DNA from: a virus
Length of the DNA stretch: 64,000 nucleotides
Direction: 5' to 3' (one strand)
Virus record (IMG/VR): IMGVR_UViG_3300044713_000194
Location: 43,637-107,636 of that record
Every line of letters starts with the position of its first letter. The first letter of the stretch is position 1. Shown piece after piece: positions 63,552 to 64,000 of this stretch. Below the pieces are notes generated by a model. It worked only from the letters and a program-made list of their open reading frames with translations. It was not told the origin of the DNA and did no database searches. The position numbers and the translations under genes are program-made.

Positions 63552-64000
63552 TTAAGCACTCTTAAAGTCAACCGGGCAGGCTCCGTTTGCACAATCAACG
63601 TGTTCCCGTCCTATGTCTTCCTTGACCTCAGACTTCTTCCAGACACTCTGCTCAAGTCCGGCCTGGATCGTCTCGTACTCCTCACGTGAGATCGCCTGTT
63701 CCGGCAAATACTCGTAGGAGGAGGTATCCTCCTGAGGCATGACAGAGCAGCAGCGAACATGTGGCTGGTACTGGCGCAGCATTTCGGTGAACAGGTCGAA
63801 ACTAACCAATTCCGGCTTGTACTTTAAGGTGTATGAAATCTGGTTGCCCTTGTCGCTTGAAACCGGATTCCCCTGCTCATCAGTGCCAACAATCCAGTAT
63901 TTTTCGCCCAGCATCAACCACTTGAACTGCTCCTCTGGTGTAGCCTCACCGGCAGTAACCAGCCTTTCTCCCATGCCAAGTTCGGTAATGGTAGGAGCAG
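63552..64000 (-). CDS. nrdJ: Ribonucleotide reductase C-terminus, probably class II (5' part outside the window)
   Basis: NQISYT...SVMP...YLPEQAISREEY...CANGACP C-terminal Cys pair. Confidence 0.75.
   Translation of the reverse strand, partial: APTITELGMGERLVTAGEATPEEQFKWLMLGEKYWIVGTDEQGNPVSSDKGNQISYTLKYKPELVSFDLFTEMLRQYQPHVRCCSVMPQEDTSSYEYLPEQAISREEYETIQAGLEQSVWKKSEVKEDIGREHVDCANGACPVDFKSA

Overview
64 kb of a large contractile-tailed (myovirus-type) phage genome, GC-rich, with a possible Acidobacteria host (weak inference from one small basic protein). The left end holds virion genes: tail sheath, other putative structural genes and a GIY-YIG endonuclease. Next come a + strand block of small accessory genes and a 3091-aa multidomain protein. 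The centre (24.1-47.6 kb) is a large RNA island: 38 tRNA genes covering all 20 amino acids, several non-canonical tRNA-like and rRNA-like RNAs, RtcB and two HNH nucleases. The right end holds a second 1784-aa multidomain protein, a proteasome-beta-like peptidase, a pyrophosphatase-like protein, a metallophosphoesterase, an SNF2 helicase with a PD-(D/E)xK nuclease, a nucleoside deoxyribosyltransferase-like protein and the 3' end of a ribonucleotide reductase. Main discovery: the tRNAs fall into three blocks, and each block is headed by the same ECF-like promoter (GCAAC-N16-CGTC), a 32-34 codon leader ORF missing from the ORF track as a separate ORF, an antiterminator-complementary segment and an intrinsic terminator. 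Each leader contains a cognate codon for every tRNA in its own block (11/11, 13/13, 14/14), down to isoacceptor level. This looks like ribosome-mediated attenuation that senses loss of specific host tRNAs and switches on the phage replacement tRNAs. All calls were made by eye; no database search was run.
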